From Candidatus Latescibacterota bacterium (GTDB lineage: Bacteria; Latescibacterota; UBA2968; UBA8231), in NCBI GenBank assembly GCA_965217585.1, contig OZ244561.1, positions 2,528,001 through 2,592,000 of the forward strand: a stretch of 64,000 bases of DNA, given 5' to 3'. Made by a program: the position numbers and the translations under genes. Below are positions 18,096 through 28,551 of this stretch, piece by piece. The notes beneath the pieces were generated by a model. The model saw nothing but the letters and a program-made list of their open reading frames with translations, was not told the origin of the DNA and did no database searches. Each line of letters begins with the position of its first letter. The stretch's first letter is position 1.

Positions 18096-18317
18096 ATGAA
18101 TGAGTTTATCGTTGTAGATCCAGAGATTTGTTCGGGGAAGCCTATAGTTTGCGGTACGCGGATCATGGTAAAAAATATCTTGGGAATGGTGGCAGGCGGA
18201 TATGCGGTTGACCAGATTGTCGAAGCCTATCCCGAACTGACTCAGGAGATGGTGCAAGCCGCTTTGCAATATGCAGCGGCAGTCATAGATGAGGAACAAG
18301 TGATCGCACGTGCATGA
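18096..18317 (+). CDS. DUF433 family antitoxin
   Basis: IVVDPEICSGKPIVCGTRIMV..IL..YPELT..V.AALQYA. Confidence 0.92.
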   Translation: MNEFIVVDPEICSGKPIVCGTRIMVKNILGMVAGGYAVDQIVEAYPELTQEMVQAALQYAAAVIDEEQVIARA

Positions 18318-18687
18318 ATCGCGGTTGGCGATCTGACTCGATCAGAATGTGCCATTGGTCGTAGCGAGCTGGTTGAGGAATCAGCGCCCTCATTGGAAGA
18401 TTCAACACGTCAACGAACTCGGTTTTCAAGGTCGTTCCGACGGTTTCCTATATCACTGGGCTCAGGAAAATGAAGCGATTATCGTTACGTACGATGAAGA
18501 TTTTGCTGATGCCCGTATGTATCCACTTGGCCACCATCGAGGCATTGTCCGGCTGCGCGTCTGGCCAACGACAACAGAGCAAACACAAGACGCCCTTTCG
18601 CGCCTGCTGGCTGATCTACCTGCAGCTGATTGGCGCGATAACTTGATCATCATTGACAATCGGAAAATCAGAGTGCGTAAATTATAA
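18310..18687 (+). pseudogene. DUF5615 / VapC45-like PIN toxin with in-frame TGA at 18334-18336
   Basis: Frame from GTG 18310 reads VHESRLAI*LDQNVP...GRSD..YHWA..IIVTYDEDF..HRGIVRLR; overlaps the antitoxin stop as in TA pairs. Confidence 0.75.
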
Positions 18688-18779
18688 GTAGCCCCGCGCT
18701 CTATACGCTTCGGAGGTAGGCTATCTTCCCCTTATGATCGACCTGACCGGCCAACCACCTCAACAGGAGACTCGCGGCC

Positions 18780-19271
18780 ATGAACTGGACTGAAGTGTGC
18801 CAAAACAAGGCCCTGCAGGACCTACCCTTCAAGATCGAACTAAACGAATGGGGGCAAATAACCATGACGTCGGCCCCAAATAAACGCGGCCATATCCAAG
18901 TCCTCATCGCCTTCACATTGATGCAGCAGAAAACAGCAGGGCGCGTCCTGACCAAGTGCTCGGTCCAGATCAGCCAAGGGGTCAAAGTCGCCGATGCGGC
19001 TTGGGGTTCGGACGCTTTCTTCGCCCGCCACGGAATGGATACGCCCTATCTCCAAGCGCCGGAACTATGCGTTGAAATTCGCTCGCCCTCCAACTCCATC
19101 GGCGAGATGCTGGCCAAGAAGGATCTGTACTTGGCTCGGGGTGCCCAGGAATCCTGGCTTGTCGACGAAGAAGGTCGCCTGAGCTTTTACTCCTATGGTG
19201 GAGAACAAGAGCAATCGACCCTGTTCGCCGACTTTCCTTCAGCCCTAGCCGTTCCAAAGGAGACCCCATGA
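18780..19271 (+). CDS. Uma2 family (DUF820) PD-(D/E)XK endonuclease-like protein
   Basis: FKIELNEWGQI, GVKVADAAW, APELCVEIRSPSNS..KKDLYLARGAQESWLVD. Confidence 0.9.
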   Translation: MNWTEVCQNKALQDLPFKIELNEWGQITMTSAPNKRGHIQVLIAFTLMQQKTAGRVLTKCSVQISQGVKVADAAWGSDAFFARHGMDTPYLQAPELCVEIRSPSNSIGEMLAKKDLYLARGAQESWLVDEEGRLSFYSYGGEQEQSTLFADFPSALAVPKETP

Positions 19272-19525
19272 CCGAACCCGTAACGCAAGCCCAAGACCAC
19301 GACCGCCGCATTGGACGGCTGGAAGGAATCGCCGAGCAGCTAGACCACCGCTTGGATGCCATTGAGCGCGGCCAAGCGCAGGGCTTTGCCGAGGTCCGGC
19401 AAGCCATCGCCGAGCAAGGCCGCCAGCTCAACGCCCGCCTTGACTCGCTCACCCGCTGGCTAGTGGGGGTGCAGATAGCCAGCCTCATCGCGCTGGGTAC
19501 GCTGATTTTGTCGCGCTTGCCCTAA
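19268..19525 (+). CDS. Small coiled-coil protein with C-terminal TM helix (DUF1640/CCDC90-like)
   Basis: Heptad region RIGRLEG..RLDAIE..RLDSLTRW followed by hydrophobic LVGVQIASLIALGTLIL; ATG overlaps the upstream stop. Confidence 0.6.
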   Translation: MTEPVTQAQDHDRRIGRLEGIAEQLDHRLDAIERGQAQGFAEVRQAIAEQGRQLNARLDSLTRWLVGVQIASLIALGTLILSRLP

Positions 19526-19578
19526 TCCGGTCCACACCGCCGGGGCGGAGTGCCCGCCCTCTTTCCCGCAGACAACAG

Positions 19579-20829
19579 ATGCTCAACTTACTGCGCCGCC
19601 AATTTCTCGAATGGGGCCTCGGCAAGGACCTCGGAGAAGATCTCGCCGCACTGGTCGCCTTGGCTTTAGTGGCCTTAGTCGCCGTGCTCGCCCATCGCTT
19701 AGCCAGAGGGCCTCTACTCCGCGGCCTCACCGCCATCATTCGCCGCACCGATATCCCTTGGGACGATGCCCTAATCGAGTGCCGGGCCCTGCACCGGCTG
19801 GCCCATATAGTCCCCGGCCTCATCTTCTACCACCTAGGGCCGCTGGCCTTAGAAGGCCACCCCGTTTCCGTCAATATCATCCAGACCGCAGCGCATATTT
19901 ATCTGGTGCTCTCCGGCTTACTAGCCGTCGATGCGTTGATAAGCGCGGGCGTCCGCATCTACCACGGCACTAGGTCCTCGCACGAAGTCTCCATCAAGGG
20001 GCTGGTGCAGTTTTTCAAGATAATCCTCTATTTGCTCGGCAGCGTCCTCGTCGTCTCAATCCTAATCGGCCAATCGCCGCTCTTCTTACTCGGCGGCCTG
20101 ACGGCGATGACCGCGGTTTTGCTTTTAGTCTTCCGCGACTCGATCCTCGGGTTAGTCGCTGGCATCCAGATCTCGGTAAATCGCATGGTCGCCTATGGCG
20201 ACTGGATTGAAATGCCCCAGTACGGGGCCGACGGCGACGTGATCGACATAACGCTGACGACGGTCAAGGTCCAAAACTGGGACAAGACCATCACGACCAT
20301 CCCCACGTACTCGCTGATCAGCGAGTCGTTCAAAAACTGGCGCGGGATGCAGGACTCGGGCGGGCGCCGGATCAAACGGGCAATCTGCCTCGATGTCAGC
20401 ACCATCGTGTTTTGCGACGAGGAAATGCTCGCACGCTTTGCCAAAATCCAGTACATCACCGCCCACATTGAGCGGAAGAAGCAAGAGCTAGCCGAATACA
20501 ACAAGCTCAACCAAGTGGACCTTTCGCATCTGGTAAATGGCCGGCGCATGACCAATATCGGCACCTTCCGCGCCTATGTGCAGGCCTATCTGAAACACCA
20601 TCCGCAGATCAACCAAGAGATGACCTTTCTGATTCGTCAGCTAGCGCCGACCTCCAAGGGGCTACCCATCGAAATCTATGTCTTCTGCAAGGATATAGTC
20701 TGGGCCAACTACGAGGCGATTCAGGCCGACATTTTCGACCACATCTTCGCCATTGTGCCCGCCTTTGATCTGCGTGTTTTTCAGGAGCCGACGGGGACGG
20801 ACTTTCAGGCACTGGGGGAATCGCAGTAA
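19579..20829 (+). CDS. Mechanosensitive channel, MscS family (YbdG/MscM-like)
   Basis: LGGLTAMTAVLLLVFRDSILGLVAGIQ, GDWIEMPQYGADGDV, VKVQNWDKTITTIPTY, SFKNWRGM, TNIGTFRAY. Confidence 0.93.
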   Translation: MLNLLRRQFLEWGLGKDLGEDLAALVALALVALVAVLAHRLARGPLLRGLTAIIRRTDIPWDDALIECRALHRLAHIVPGLIFYHLGPLALEGHPVSVNIIQTAAHIYLVLSGLLAVDALISAGVRIYHGTRSSHEVSIKGLVQFFKIILYLLGSVLVVSILIGQSPLFLLGGLTAMTAVLLLVFRDSILGLVAGIQISVNRMVAYGDWIEMPQYGADGDVIDITLTTVKVQNWDKTITTIPTYSLISESFKNWRGMQDSGGRRIKRAICLDVSTIVFCDEEMLARFAKIQYITAHIERKKQELAEYNKLNQVDLSHLVNGRRMTNIGTFRAYVQAYLKHHPQINQEMTFLIRQLAPTSKGLPIEIYVFCKDIVWANYEAIQADIFDHIFAIVPAFDLRVFQEPTGTDFQALGESQ

Positions 20830-20850
20830 GATGCCCCGCCCCTCATCCCG

Positions 20851-20880
20851 TATCTGCGCTCATCTGCGTTTATCTGCGGA
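20851..20880 (+). repeat. Three tandem 10-bp units with ATCTGCG core
   Basis: TATCTGCGCT CATCTGCGTT TATCTGCGGA, intergenic between mscS and ogt. Confidence 0.7.
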
Positions 20881-20899
20881 TAAAAATAGAAGGATCCCT

Positions 20900-21400
20900 A
20901 TGCCCACTGAAAACTTGCTCTACACCACCATGCCCAGTTCCATCGGCGAGCTGCTCCTAGCCGGCGACCGCACCGGCTTGCGGCACATCCATTTCAAAAG
21001 CCGCGACTTTACCCAGCCGCCGGATTGGCAGGCCGTGCCTGCCTTGCCCTACCCGGTCGCCGAACAGCTCGATGCTTACTTCGCCGAGCACCTGCACAGC
21101 TTCGATCTGCCGCTCCATCCCCAAGGAACGGCGTTTCAGCGCAAAGTCTGGGCCGCACTCGCGGAGATTCCCTACGGCGAGACGATCTCCTACTTGGAGC
21201 TAGCTCGCCGCATCGGCAATCCAAACTCGGTCCGCGCCGTCGGCTTGGCCAACGGCAAGAACCCCCTGCCGATTGTCGTGCCTTGTCACCGCGTCATTGG
21301 CAGCAATGGCGCGCTGGTCGGCTACGCCGGAGGACTGCCGATCAAAAGAGCGTTGCTCGCCCTCGAAGGTGCGCTTTCTCCTCAACTCGATCTCTTTTAA
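20900..21400 (+). CDS. ogt: Methylated-DNA--protein-cysteine methyltransferase
   Basis: GTAFQRKVW..IPYGETISY, RAVGLANGKNP, active-site PCHRV, GYAGG; start at ATG 20900 after AAGGA. Confidence 0.95.
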   Translation: MPTENLLYTTMPSSIGELLLAGDRTGLRHIHFKSRDFTQPPDWQAVPALPYPVAEQLDAYFAEHLHSFDLPLHPQGTAFQRKVWAALAEIPYGETISYLELARRIGNPNSVRAVGLANGKNPLPIVVPCHRVIGSNGALVGYAGGLPIKRALLALEGALSPQLDLF

Positions 21401-21413
21401 GGTTGGAGGTCCC

Positions 21414-22517
21414 ATGTCCACTTATCGCGTTGCTATCATCGGCACGGGTCGCGTCGGCTATCAGTTCAGTTTCTCCGACCTGCCCGACAACCACGCCGCC
21501 GCTGTCGCTCAACACCCTTCCTGCGAATTGGTCGCCGGCGTCAATCGAGGGCGCGAAAAGCTCGACGCCTTCGGCGAGCGCTTCGGCGTGGAGGCGCTCT
21601 ACCACGACTATCGGCAAATGCTCGCCGAGGTGCAGCCCGACATCTGCATCGTCGCCACCCACCCCGAACTCCACGCCGCAATGGTCACCGACTGCGCCCA
21701 AGCCTCCTCGACCCAAGCCATCATCTGCGAAAAGCCAATGGCCCTTTCGCTGGAGGAATGCGACCAGATGATCGCGGCCTGCCAAGCGGAGGACGTGCTC
21801 TTGCAGATCAACCACAACCGCCGCTGGCACTCCGAATGGGTTCTCGCCAAAACGCTCCTCGACGCGGGGGCTATCGGCGAGTTCAACCACATCTATTGCT
21901 ACATGGATGGGGGCAAGCCGGCACCTTGGTGGCGCAGCGAGAACGAAGGCCCCTTACTGCACGACTTCACCCACTATTTCGACCTGATGGATCTCTACGC
22001 TGGCGAGGTGGATTGGCTGTGCGGCATGGCTGAACAGCGCCTGCGTCCCTGGGCGGTCGAGGATTTTTCGGCCGCTATGCTCAAGTTCAAAGGGGGGGGC
22101 ACTGGGCTGATCTGCGGTGCCGAGCTGACCCAGTACACCGACAACGCCTTTGAGTTGCGCGGCAGCACCGGCCTGATCCGCATGGACGCCGAGCAGGTCT
22201 GCCTCTTTCAGTCCAAGGTTTCGCTGTCCGAACCTGACAGCGGCTTTGAATGGAGCAGCCTTGAAGAAGTTGAAGTTGAACGGCCGACCCCGGTCTCTAC
22301 GTACGTCGCAGCACTGTCCGAGTTGATAGACGCCCTTGAAGGCCGCGGCATCTTGCGCAGCGACGGTGCCGTGGGCCGCCGCTCGTTGGAAATGGTCATG
22401 GCCATCTATCAGTCACAGCTAGAAGGCAACCGTCCCGTTCACTTCCCCATCTCGCTCGCCGAATCCGGCGTCGAGGCGCTGCGTCGGGCGGGAAGTTTTA
22501 AGGAGCGGGAAGCGTAA
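21414..22517 (+). CDS. Gfo/Idh/MocA oxidoreductase
   Basis: RVAIIGTG, ICEKPMA, NHNRRW, HYFDL; GGAGG RBS before ATG 21414. Confidence 0.9.
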   Translation: MSTYRVAIIGTGRVGYQFSFSDLPDNHAAAVAQHPSCELVAGVNRGREKLDAFGERFGVEALYHDYRQMLAEVQPDICIVATHPELHAAMVTDCAQASSTQAIICEKPMALSLEECDQMIAACQAEDVLLQINHNRRWHSEWVLAKTLLDAGAIGEFNHIYCYMDGGKPAPWWRSENEGPLLHDFTHYFDLMDLYAGEVDWLCGMAEQRLRPWAVEDFSAAMLKFKGGGTGLICGAELTQYTDNAFELRGSTGLIRMDAEQVCLFQSKVSLSEPDSGFEWSSLEEVEVERPTPVSTYVAALSELIDALEGRGILRSDGAVGRRSLEMVMAIYQSQLEGNRPVHFPISLAESGVEALRRAGSFKEREA

Positions 22518-22596
22518 CTATGAACGGGGCCGATCCCTCAATCTATTCAGGCAGCACTCGCGCATATGCACATATAGCTGCGCCCGGAGAATAGAC

Positions 22597-23604
22597 ATGG
22601 CCAAAGCCAAAACGCGACCCAAGCACAAAAGTCGCGCTCGCAAAAATGTTCGCGTCGCCATCATCGGCGCTGGTGGCCGCGCCCTAATGGCCCACTACCC
22701 CTCACTGCGCGACATCCCCGAGGCCCAACTAGTCGCCGTTGCCGAGCTCGACGAACAGCGCCTGCACAAAACCTGTGACCTCTACGACATCAAAGGCCGC
22801 TACAGCGACTACCGCCAAATGCTCGAGCGCGAAAAACCCGACGCGGTCTACGCCATCATGCCGCCGCACCACCTTTTCGACATCTGCGCCACCATTATCG
22901 AACACGGCTGCCATCTCATTATCGAAAAACCCCCCGCCGTTACCACCGAGCAAATCCGCCAGCTCGCCGCTTTAGCCCGCCGCCACAAAGTCCTGACCGG
23001 CGTCGCCTTCCAACGCCGTTTTGCCCCCGTCATTCGTCGCGGTAAAGCGCTGTGCGAAAAACGCGGCACCGTGCACACCGCCCATGCCAGCTTCTATAAA
23101 AATTGGGTCGGCGGTGCTCCTTACTATCGCGGAGCGATGGACATGCTTACTTGCGACGGCATCCACGCCGTCGATACCCTGCGCTACCTGTGCGGCGGCG
23201 AAGTCGAATCCGTCGCTAGCGACTCGCGCCGCCTCGACGCCGGCCATTGGAATGTCCACTTGGCCCTAGTTCGTTTCAGCAGCGGGGCCACCGGACTCTT
23301 GCTCAACAACTTCATGGCCGGTCGGCGGATGTTCAGCGTCGAGGTCCACTCCCCCGGCATCTCCTTCTTCGGCGACCCCGAAGAAGGCGGCCAGCTATAC
23401 GCCGACAACAAGACCGAGCCCATCGACGAATTGGACCCCTCCGTCCTAGCCGGCAGCGCAGAGGACTATCGAGCCTTCGGCCCCTACGATATCAACCGCC
23501 ACTTCGTGGATTGCATGTTAAAGGGAAAAGACCCCGAAACGAATTTCGACGACGCGATCAAGACCATGGAATTGGTCGACGCGGTCTACCGTTCGCAGAT
23601 TTGA
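22597..23604 (+). CDS. Gfo/Idh/MocA oxidoreductase
   Basis: RVAIIGAG, IIEKPP, AFQRRFAP, DGIHAVD. Confidence 0.9.
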   Translation: MAKAKTRPKHKSRARKNVRVAIIGAGGRALMAHYPSLRDIPEAQLVAVAELDEQRLHKTCDLYDIKGRYSDYRQMLEREKPDAVYAIMPPHHLFDICATIIEHGCHLIIEKPPAVTTEQIRQLAALARRHKVLTGVAFQRRFAPVIRRGKALCEKRGTVHTAHASFYKNWVGGAPYYRGAMDMLTCDGIHAVDTLRYLCGGEVESVASDSRRLDAGHWNVHLALVRFSSGATGLLLNNFMAGRRMFSVEVHSPGISFFGDPEEGGQLYADNKTEPIDELDPSVLAGSAEDYRAFGPYDINRHFVDCMLKGKDPETNFDDAIKTMELVDAVYRSQI

Positions 23605-23680
23605 TCAGCGCTGATCTGGCGTGAGATTTTACCTATTGCCCCTCAGTAGGCTGGCCGTGGTGCCGCTGCCTTCTTAGGCG

Positions 23681-24085
23681 TCACTCGGCGACGCACCGTC
23701 CATCCCCATACGCCAAAACCGGCTCGTTGGGCACTGAGCAGTCCGAAGCATATCCATAGCGCTCGTTCATCTCGGCTTCAAAGGCGTTATACGCTGTCAG
23801 TCGCTCGGCTAGTGCCGTCGAATCGGTGGACGAGGCGGAGTAGATTACGAAATCCCAAGGCCCACCGCAGGGCTTGGAGCCCAAGCCCGAGTAGCGACAG
23901 TCCTCAATGGACGCGCCCGCAGCGTCGCCGACGAGCGCCTCGATTTCCCGTCGCATCTCCGCTAGCTGTGCACGGTCGCCTTCCTCGGTCTGCTGGTCGC
24001 CATTGTTGTCTCCAGCGACAGGATCCGAGTCGCCACAAGCAACGAGGGAAACGGCGATCAATGCCGCCGCAACCAAGTATCGCAT
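23681..24085 (-). CDS. Small Cys-containing lipoprotein (KPCGGP motif)
   Basis: MRYLVAAALIAVSLVA-C lipobox; AGAAAGGA RBS; CRYSGLGSKPCGGPW...SDCS...C. Confidence 0.75.
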   Translation of the reverse strand: MRYLVAAALIAVSLVACGDSDPVAGDNNGDQQTEEGDRAQLAEMRREIEALVGDAAGASIEDCRYSGLGSKPCGGPWDFVIYSASSTDSTALAERLTAYNAFEAEMNERYGYASDCSVPNEPVLAYGDGRCVAE

Positions 24086-24134
24086 GGTCTTCCTTTCTGT
24101 TAAAAGAGAGCCATAGTCCGCACTGTGAGAACAC

Positions 24135-25100
24135 CTAACCTGCTGAACGGTTCCCCCACCGCGTCGCGATAACTGCATCCGCAAAAATCTGCCCTAGGTG
24201 AAACACAATACAAGGTATTGCTATCAATCCCTTCTGCTCGGGCGACACCGCTGAATCCGGCAAAAACGCCAGCACCGTCATCGCCACCGGCAAGGTCTTC
24301 TGGCTGGCCATCAGCACAACGGCCTTGTGCGCCGCCGCTTCGAGTTGCAACAGCACGCAAGCGCCGCCGTTGAGCAGCAGGTAGAGCCCGTGGATTGCCA
24401 AGCCAGACACCACCAGAATCAACAAGCTCACCGGCTCTATCTGGGCTAGCCGTCCAGAAGACTCGCTGAATTTCATCCACGGAATCGAGATCAGCGCCGC
24501 GTTGCTGGCCAAAGTCAACCGCGAGCGCTGGGCGTTGATCCAATCGACGGCGAAGCGCCGCAGGTACTTGCCGACGCCCAAGGGCAGCAAGATCGAAAGA
24601 CAGAGTTTGGCGAACAGATCGCCGGCCGAAAGTTCGACCTGACCTAGGGAACTCAGAAGATGCGCTAATACGAAGGGCACCGTGAAGATGCCGACGATAT
24701 TGGTCAGCACCGTCAAAAGCAGGGCCAAGGCTACGTTGCCTCGGGCCTGCGCCGTCAACGCCACACCCGAGGTCAGGGTCGTCGGCATGCAGCAGAACAG
24801 GGCTAGACCGAATTGGAAGGCGGGCTCCATCGGGAGCTGGAACGCGATCGCTGCTCCCAGAAAGGGCGTGGCGAAGAGAATCGAAACACACCCCCAAGAC
24901 GTCGCCTTCCACGCGGCGAGGGCGGCGTGGACTTCGTCGGTCTTCAGCATCAGCCCGGAAAGGAAAAAGATAATACTGACCGCGACGTACTGCGTGGGCA
25001 GTTCGGCCATGTAGAGGCCCGGACGGGGAAAGAAGAAACCCACCACGGCCGCAGCCAACAGACCAACGGGTAGGAATTGTCGCTGTAGGAAACCTAGCAT
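24135..25100 (-). CDS. Bile acid:sodium symporter family (SBF-like) transporter
   Basis: IFFLSGL.L, GLALFCCMPTTLTSGVALT..ARGN, SQKTLP. Confidence 0.88.
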   Translation of the reverse strand: MLGFLQRQFLPVGLLAAAVVGFFFPRPGLYMAELPTQYVAVSIIFFLSGLMLKTDEVHAALAAWKATSWGCVSILFATPFLGAAIAFQLPMEPAFQFGLALFCCMPTTLTSGVALTAQARGNVALALLLTVLTNIVGIFTVPFVLAHLLSSLGQVELSAGDLFAKLCLSILLPLGVGKYLRRFAVDWINAQRSRLTLASNAALISIPWMKFSESSGRLAQIEPVSLLILVVSGLAIHGLYLLLNGGACVLLQLEAAAHKAVVLMASQKTLPVAMTVLAFLPDSAVSPEQKGLIAIPCIVFHLGQIFADAVIATRWGNRSAG

Positions 25101-25111
25101 TGCTCGCTAAT

Positions 25112-25137
25112 AAAAAAGGCCGGACGTCGTCCGGCCT
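25112..25137 (-). terminator. Intrinsic terminator after the mntR-like gene
   Basis: Minus strand AGGCCGGAC-GAC-GTCCGGCCT followed by a T-tract. Confidence 0.75.
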
Positions 25138-25171
25138 GACAGATAGAAGTTGTGTCCCCTCGGGTCGGGAT

Positions 25172-25717
25172 CTACTCGCTCTCTGCTAGGGCAACCATGG
25201 GGTAGCCATAGCAGATGTCCTCACAGAGGTTGCACGATTCCACATCGCCAGCGCGGCACTCCTGGGCACCTTCGCGGAACATGCGGAGGAACTCGTTAGC
25301 CGAGGGTTTTTCCGAAAATAACACGCGCAAAAAACAGACCAGCCGCACCCGCGCTTCATTGCTGATTAGGTGCTCGACCTTGCAGGCGTCGATCATTGCG
25401 TCGTCCTCGTCCATACCGAGGGCGTCTTTGAGGAACCGCTGCACGACCAAACGCGTGGCCTCGGTCTCTTGCACCACCTTCAAGCCCTGTTCGGTAAGTT
25501 CGAGGAAGCGGTTGAGGTCCTCTTGCACATAGCCGCGCTCCTTGAGGTGCTTCATTGCCGTCGAAACGCTGCCTTTGGTGATGCTCAGGTGCTTGGCAAC
25601 ATCCGAGACGCGGGCGTAGCCGTGCGCCTCGCGCAGCTCGTGGATCGCCATTAGGTGATGCGCGGCACTGTGGCTTAGTTCGTTTTCTTCGTAGGCTCTC
25701 CAGACTTCCTCAAACAT
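25172..25717 (-). CDS. DtxR/MntR-family metal-dependent regulator with Cys-rich tail
   Basis: ARVSDVAKHLSITKGSVS..L.E.G.V, LTEQG, DACKVEHLIS; C-terminal C-x7-C-x2-C-x3-C. Confidence 0.88.
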   Translation of the reverse strand: MFEEVWRAYEENELSHSAAHHLMAIHELREAHGYARVSDVAKHLSITKGSVSTAMKHLKERGYVQEDLNRFLELTEQGLKVVQETEATRLVVQRFLKDALGMDEDDAMIDACKVEHLISNEARVRLVCFLRVLFSEKPSANEFLRMFREGAQECRAGDVESCNLCEDICYGYPMVALAESE

Positions 25718-25770
25718 GCGTTTCGCCTTTCTGCCTCCGCATAAGACGCAGGGCCTCGTATTGAGTCATG

Positions 25771-26841
<1,071 letters not shown>

Positions 26842-27105
26842 TCAACCGCTCATCGCTGCGGGCTATACGACTATCCAAAGGGATGATGAACGGAACTTTA
26901 CAGCCCGATGTAAAAACTTATATTGCACAGTTGCGGGAAGCGGGCAAGGCGGGCAAATCGGACTTGATTCTCAATTTTTGTCAATTTTTGTGTTGCAAAA
27001 AGCTAATGAATAAACCCAACCTCAGCAAGAGCACTACCGCTGGTCGAAATGAGCGATGGTGGCTAAGCTGAAGGGCAGGGAGGACGATCAAAGAATAGAG
27101 ACGCG

Positions 27106-28518
27106 ATGCGAGAGGAAGGCATAGCCTTAGAAAAAGCGCTGCTGTGCATCGACGAGCAGCAGCGGGCCTACATCGAACAACTGAAATCCTTTATCCGCAT
27201 CCCCAGCATCAGTGCTGGTGCCGATGCTGCCGCAGGCGACGGCCTCGCCCAAGCGGCCGATTTCCTCGTTGGCCAATTCAACCAAATGGGGTTTGAGGTC
27301 GAGAAGATCCAGGTGAGGGCCGCTACCAATCCTCTGGTCCTCGCCCGCAGCCCCGAGTTCTCGCCGGACCGACCCACCGTCTTGATCTATGGCCATTACG
27401 ACGTGCAAGGGGTGGACAATCCGCGCTCGGCTTGGGAGGTGGACCCCTTCGCCGCCGAGGAGCGGGACGGCTTCCTCATCGCCCGGGGAGCCAGTGACAA
27501 TAAAGGCCCCAGCTTCGCGCATCTGAAGGCAGCCGAAACCATCCTCGCCAATGGGAATCAGCTTCCGTTCAATCTGGTCTTCCTGATCGAAGGCGAGGAG
27601 GAATGCGGCAGCGCTGCGTTGAGCCAGTTTGTGGCCGAGGGCGGGCTTGGCGAATTTGCCCCAGTGCTCTGTACGGTGATTTCCGATACCAGCATGTACG
27701 GACCGAGCCAGCCCTCGCTGACTGTGGGTCTGCGCGGTATTGTCTATACCGAGGTCGAGGTTTTTGGGCCGGTGCAGGATGTGCATTCCGGCCTTTTCGG
27801 CGGCATTGTCCACAACCCCAACCAACTCCTCGTCAACGCCTTGTCCGACCTCATTGACGCCGAAGGGCACATTGCTGTACCCGGTTTCTACGAGGGGGTG
27901 CAGCCGCTCTCGGCCCGCGAAAAGAGCCTCTACGCCGCCCTCGCGGTTGACGAGGGTGCCTATTGCCGCACCTTGGGCGTGCCCTCGCTAGTGGGAGAAC
28001 AGGAATACTCCATCCTCGAAAGGCGCTGGACTCGTCCCACGCTCGACATCAACCTCCTCAGCGGCGGCAGCCCGCGCACTGTCATACCGGCTGTAGCCCG
28101 AGCTGCCGTCTCCTGCCGACTAGTGCCCGACCAAAACCCCGAACACATCCAAGCTGCCCTCGAAGGGCACATCCGCGCTCGGCTACCCGCAGGCACCCGC
28201 GTCGAGTTCAAAAACCAGCATTGCTCACCGGCCTACTACTTGGATCTAGACCACCCATTAGTCGCGCCAGCGCTCGAGGCGATGCGCAAGGGATTCGGAG
28301 TTGAGCCGGTGTTTACCCGCGAGGGCGGCTCCATCCCCATCGTCGTCGATTTTGCCGCCGCGACGGGTGCACCAATCCTGCTCATCGGTCTAGGGCAAAT
28401 CACCGACAATTGGCACGGCCCCAACGAGCGCTTTTCCATGCGTGACTTTCACTGCGGCATCCGCACTTCGGCCGCGCTCTTATGCGAGTTGGCGCGAGCA
28501 TCTCAGCGCGCAACCTAG
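27106..28518 (+). CDS. M20/M25/M40 metallo-dipeptidase
   Basis: YGHYDVQ, ARGASDNKG, EGEEE, DVHSG, GGSIP, HGPNE. Confidence 0.92.
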   Translation: MREEGIALEKALLCIDEQQRAYIEQLKSFIRIPSISAGADAAAGDGLAQAADFLVGQFNQMGFEVEKIQVRAATNPLVLARSPEFSPDRPTVLIYGHYDVQGVDNPRSAWEVDPFAAEERDGFLIARGASDNKGPSFAHLKAAETILANGNQLPFNLVFLIEGEEECGSAALSQFVAEGGLGEFAPVLCTVISDTSMYGPSQPSLTVGLRGIVYTEVEVFGPVQDVHSGLFGGIVHNPNQLLVNALSDLIDAEGHIAVPGFYEGVQPLSAREKSLYAALAVDEGAYCRTLGVPSLVGEQEYSILERRWTRPTLDINLLSGGSPRTVIPAVARAAVSCRLVPDQNPEHIQAALEGHIRARLPAGTRVEFKNQHCSPAYYLDLDHPLVAPALEAMRKGFGVEPVFTREGGSIPIVVDFAAATGAPILLIGLGQITDNWHGPNERFSMRDFHCGIRTSAALLCELARASQRAT

Positions 28519-28551
28519 TCCCGCCACCCTGCACAAGACGAGGAACCACTC

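Noticed and set aside
18334-18336. In-frame TGA as selenocysteine or stop-codon reassignment
   Set aside because: The position is a hydrophobic strand residue rather than a Cys site, and many genes here end normally in TGA.
26883-27071. 62-aa ORF with CQFLCC in the gap promoter region
   Set aside because: No clear RBS or homology; it overlaps probable divergent promoters, and the Cys cluster arises from the 10-bp tandem repeat.
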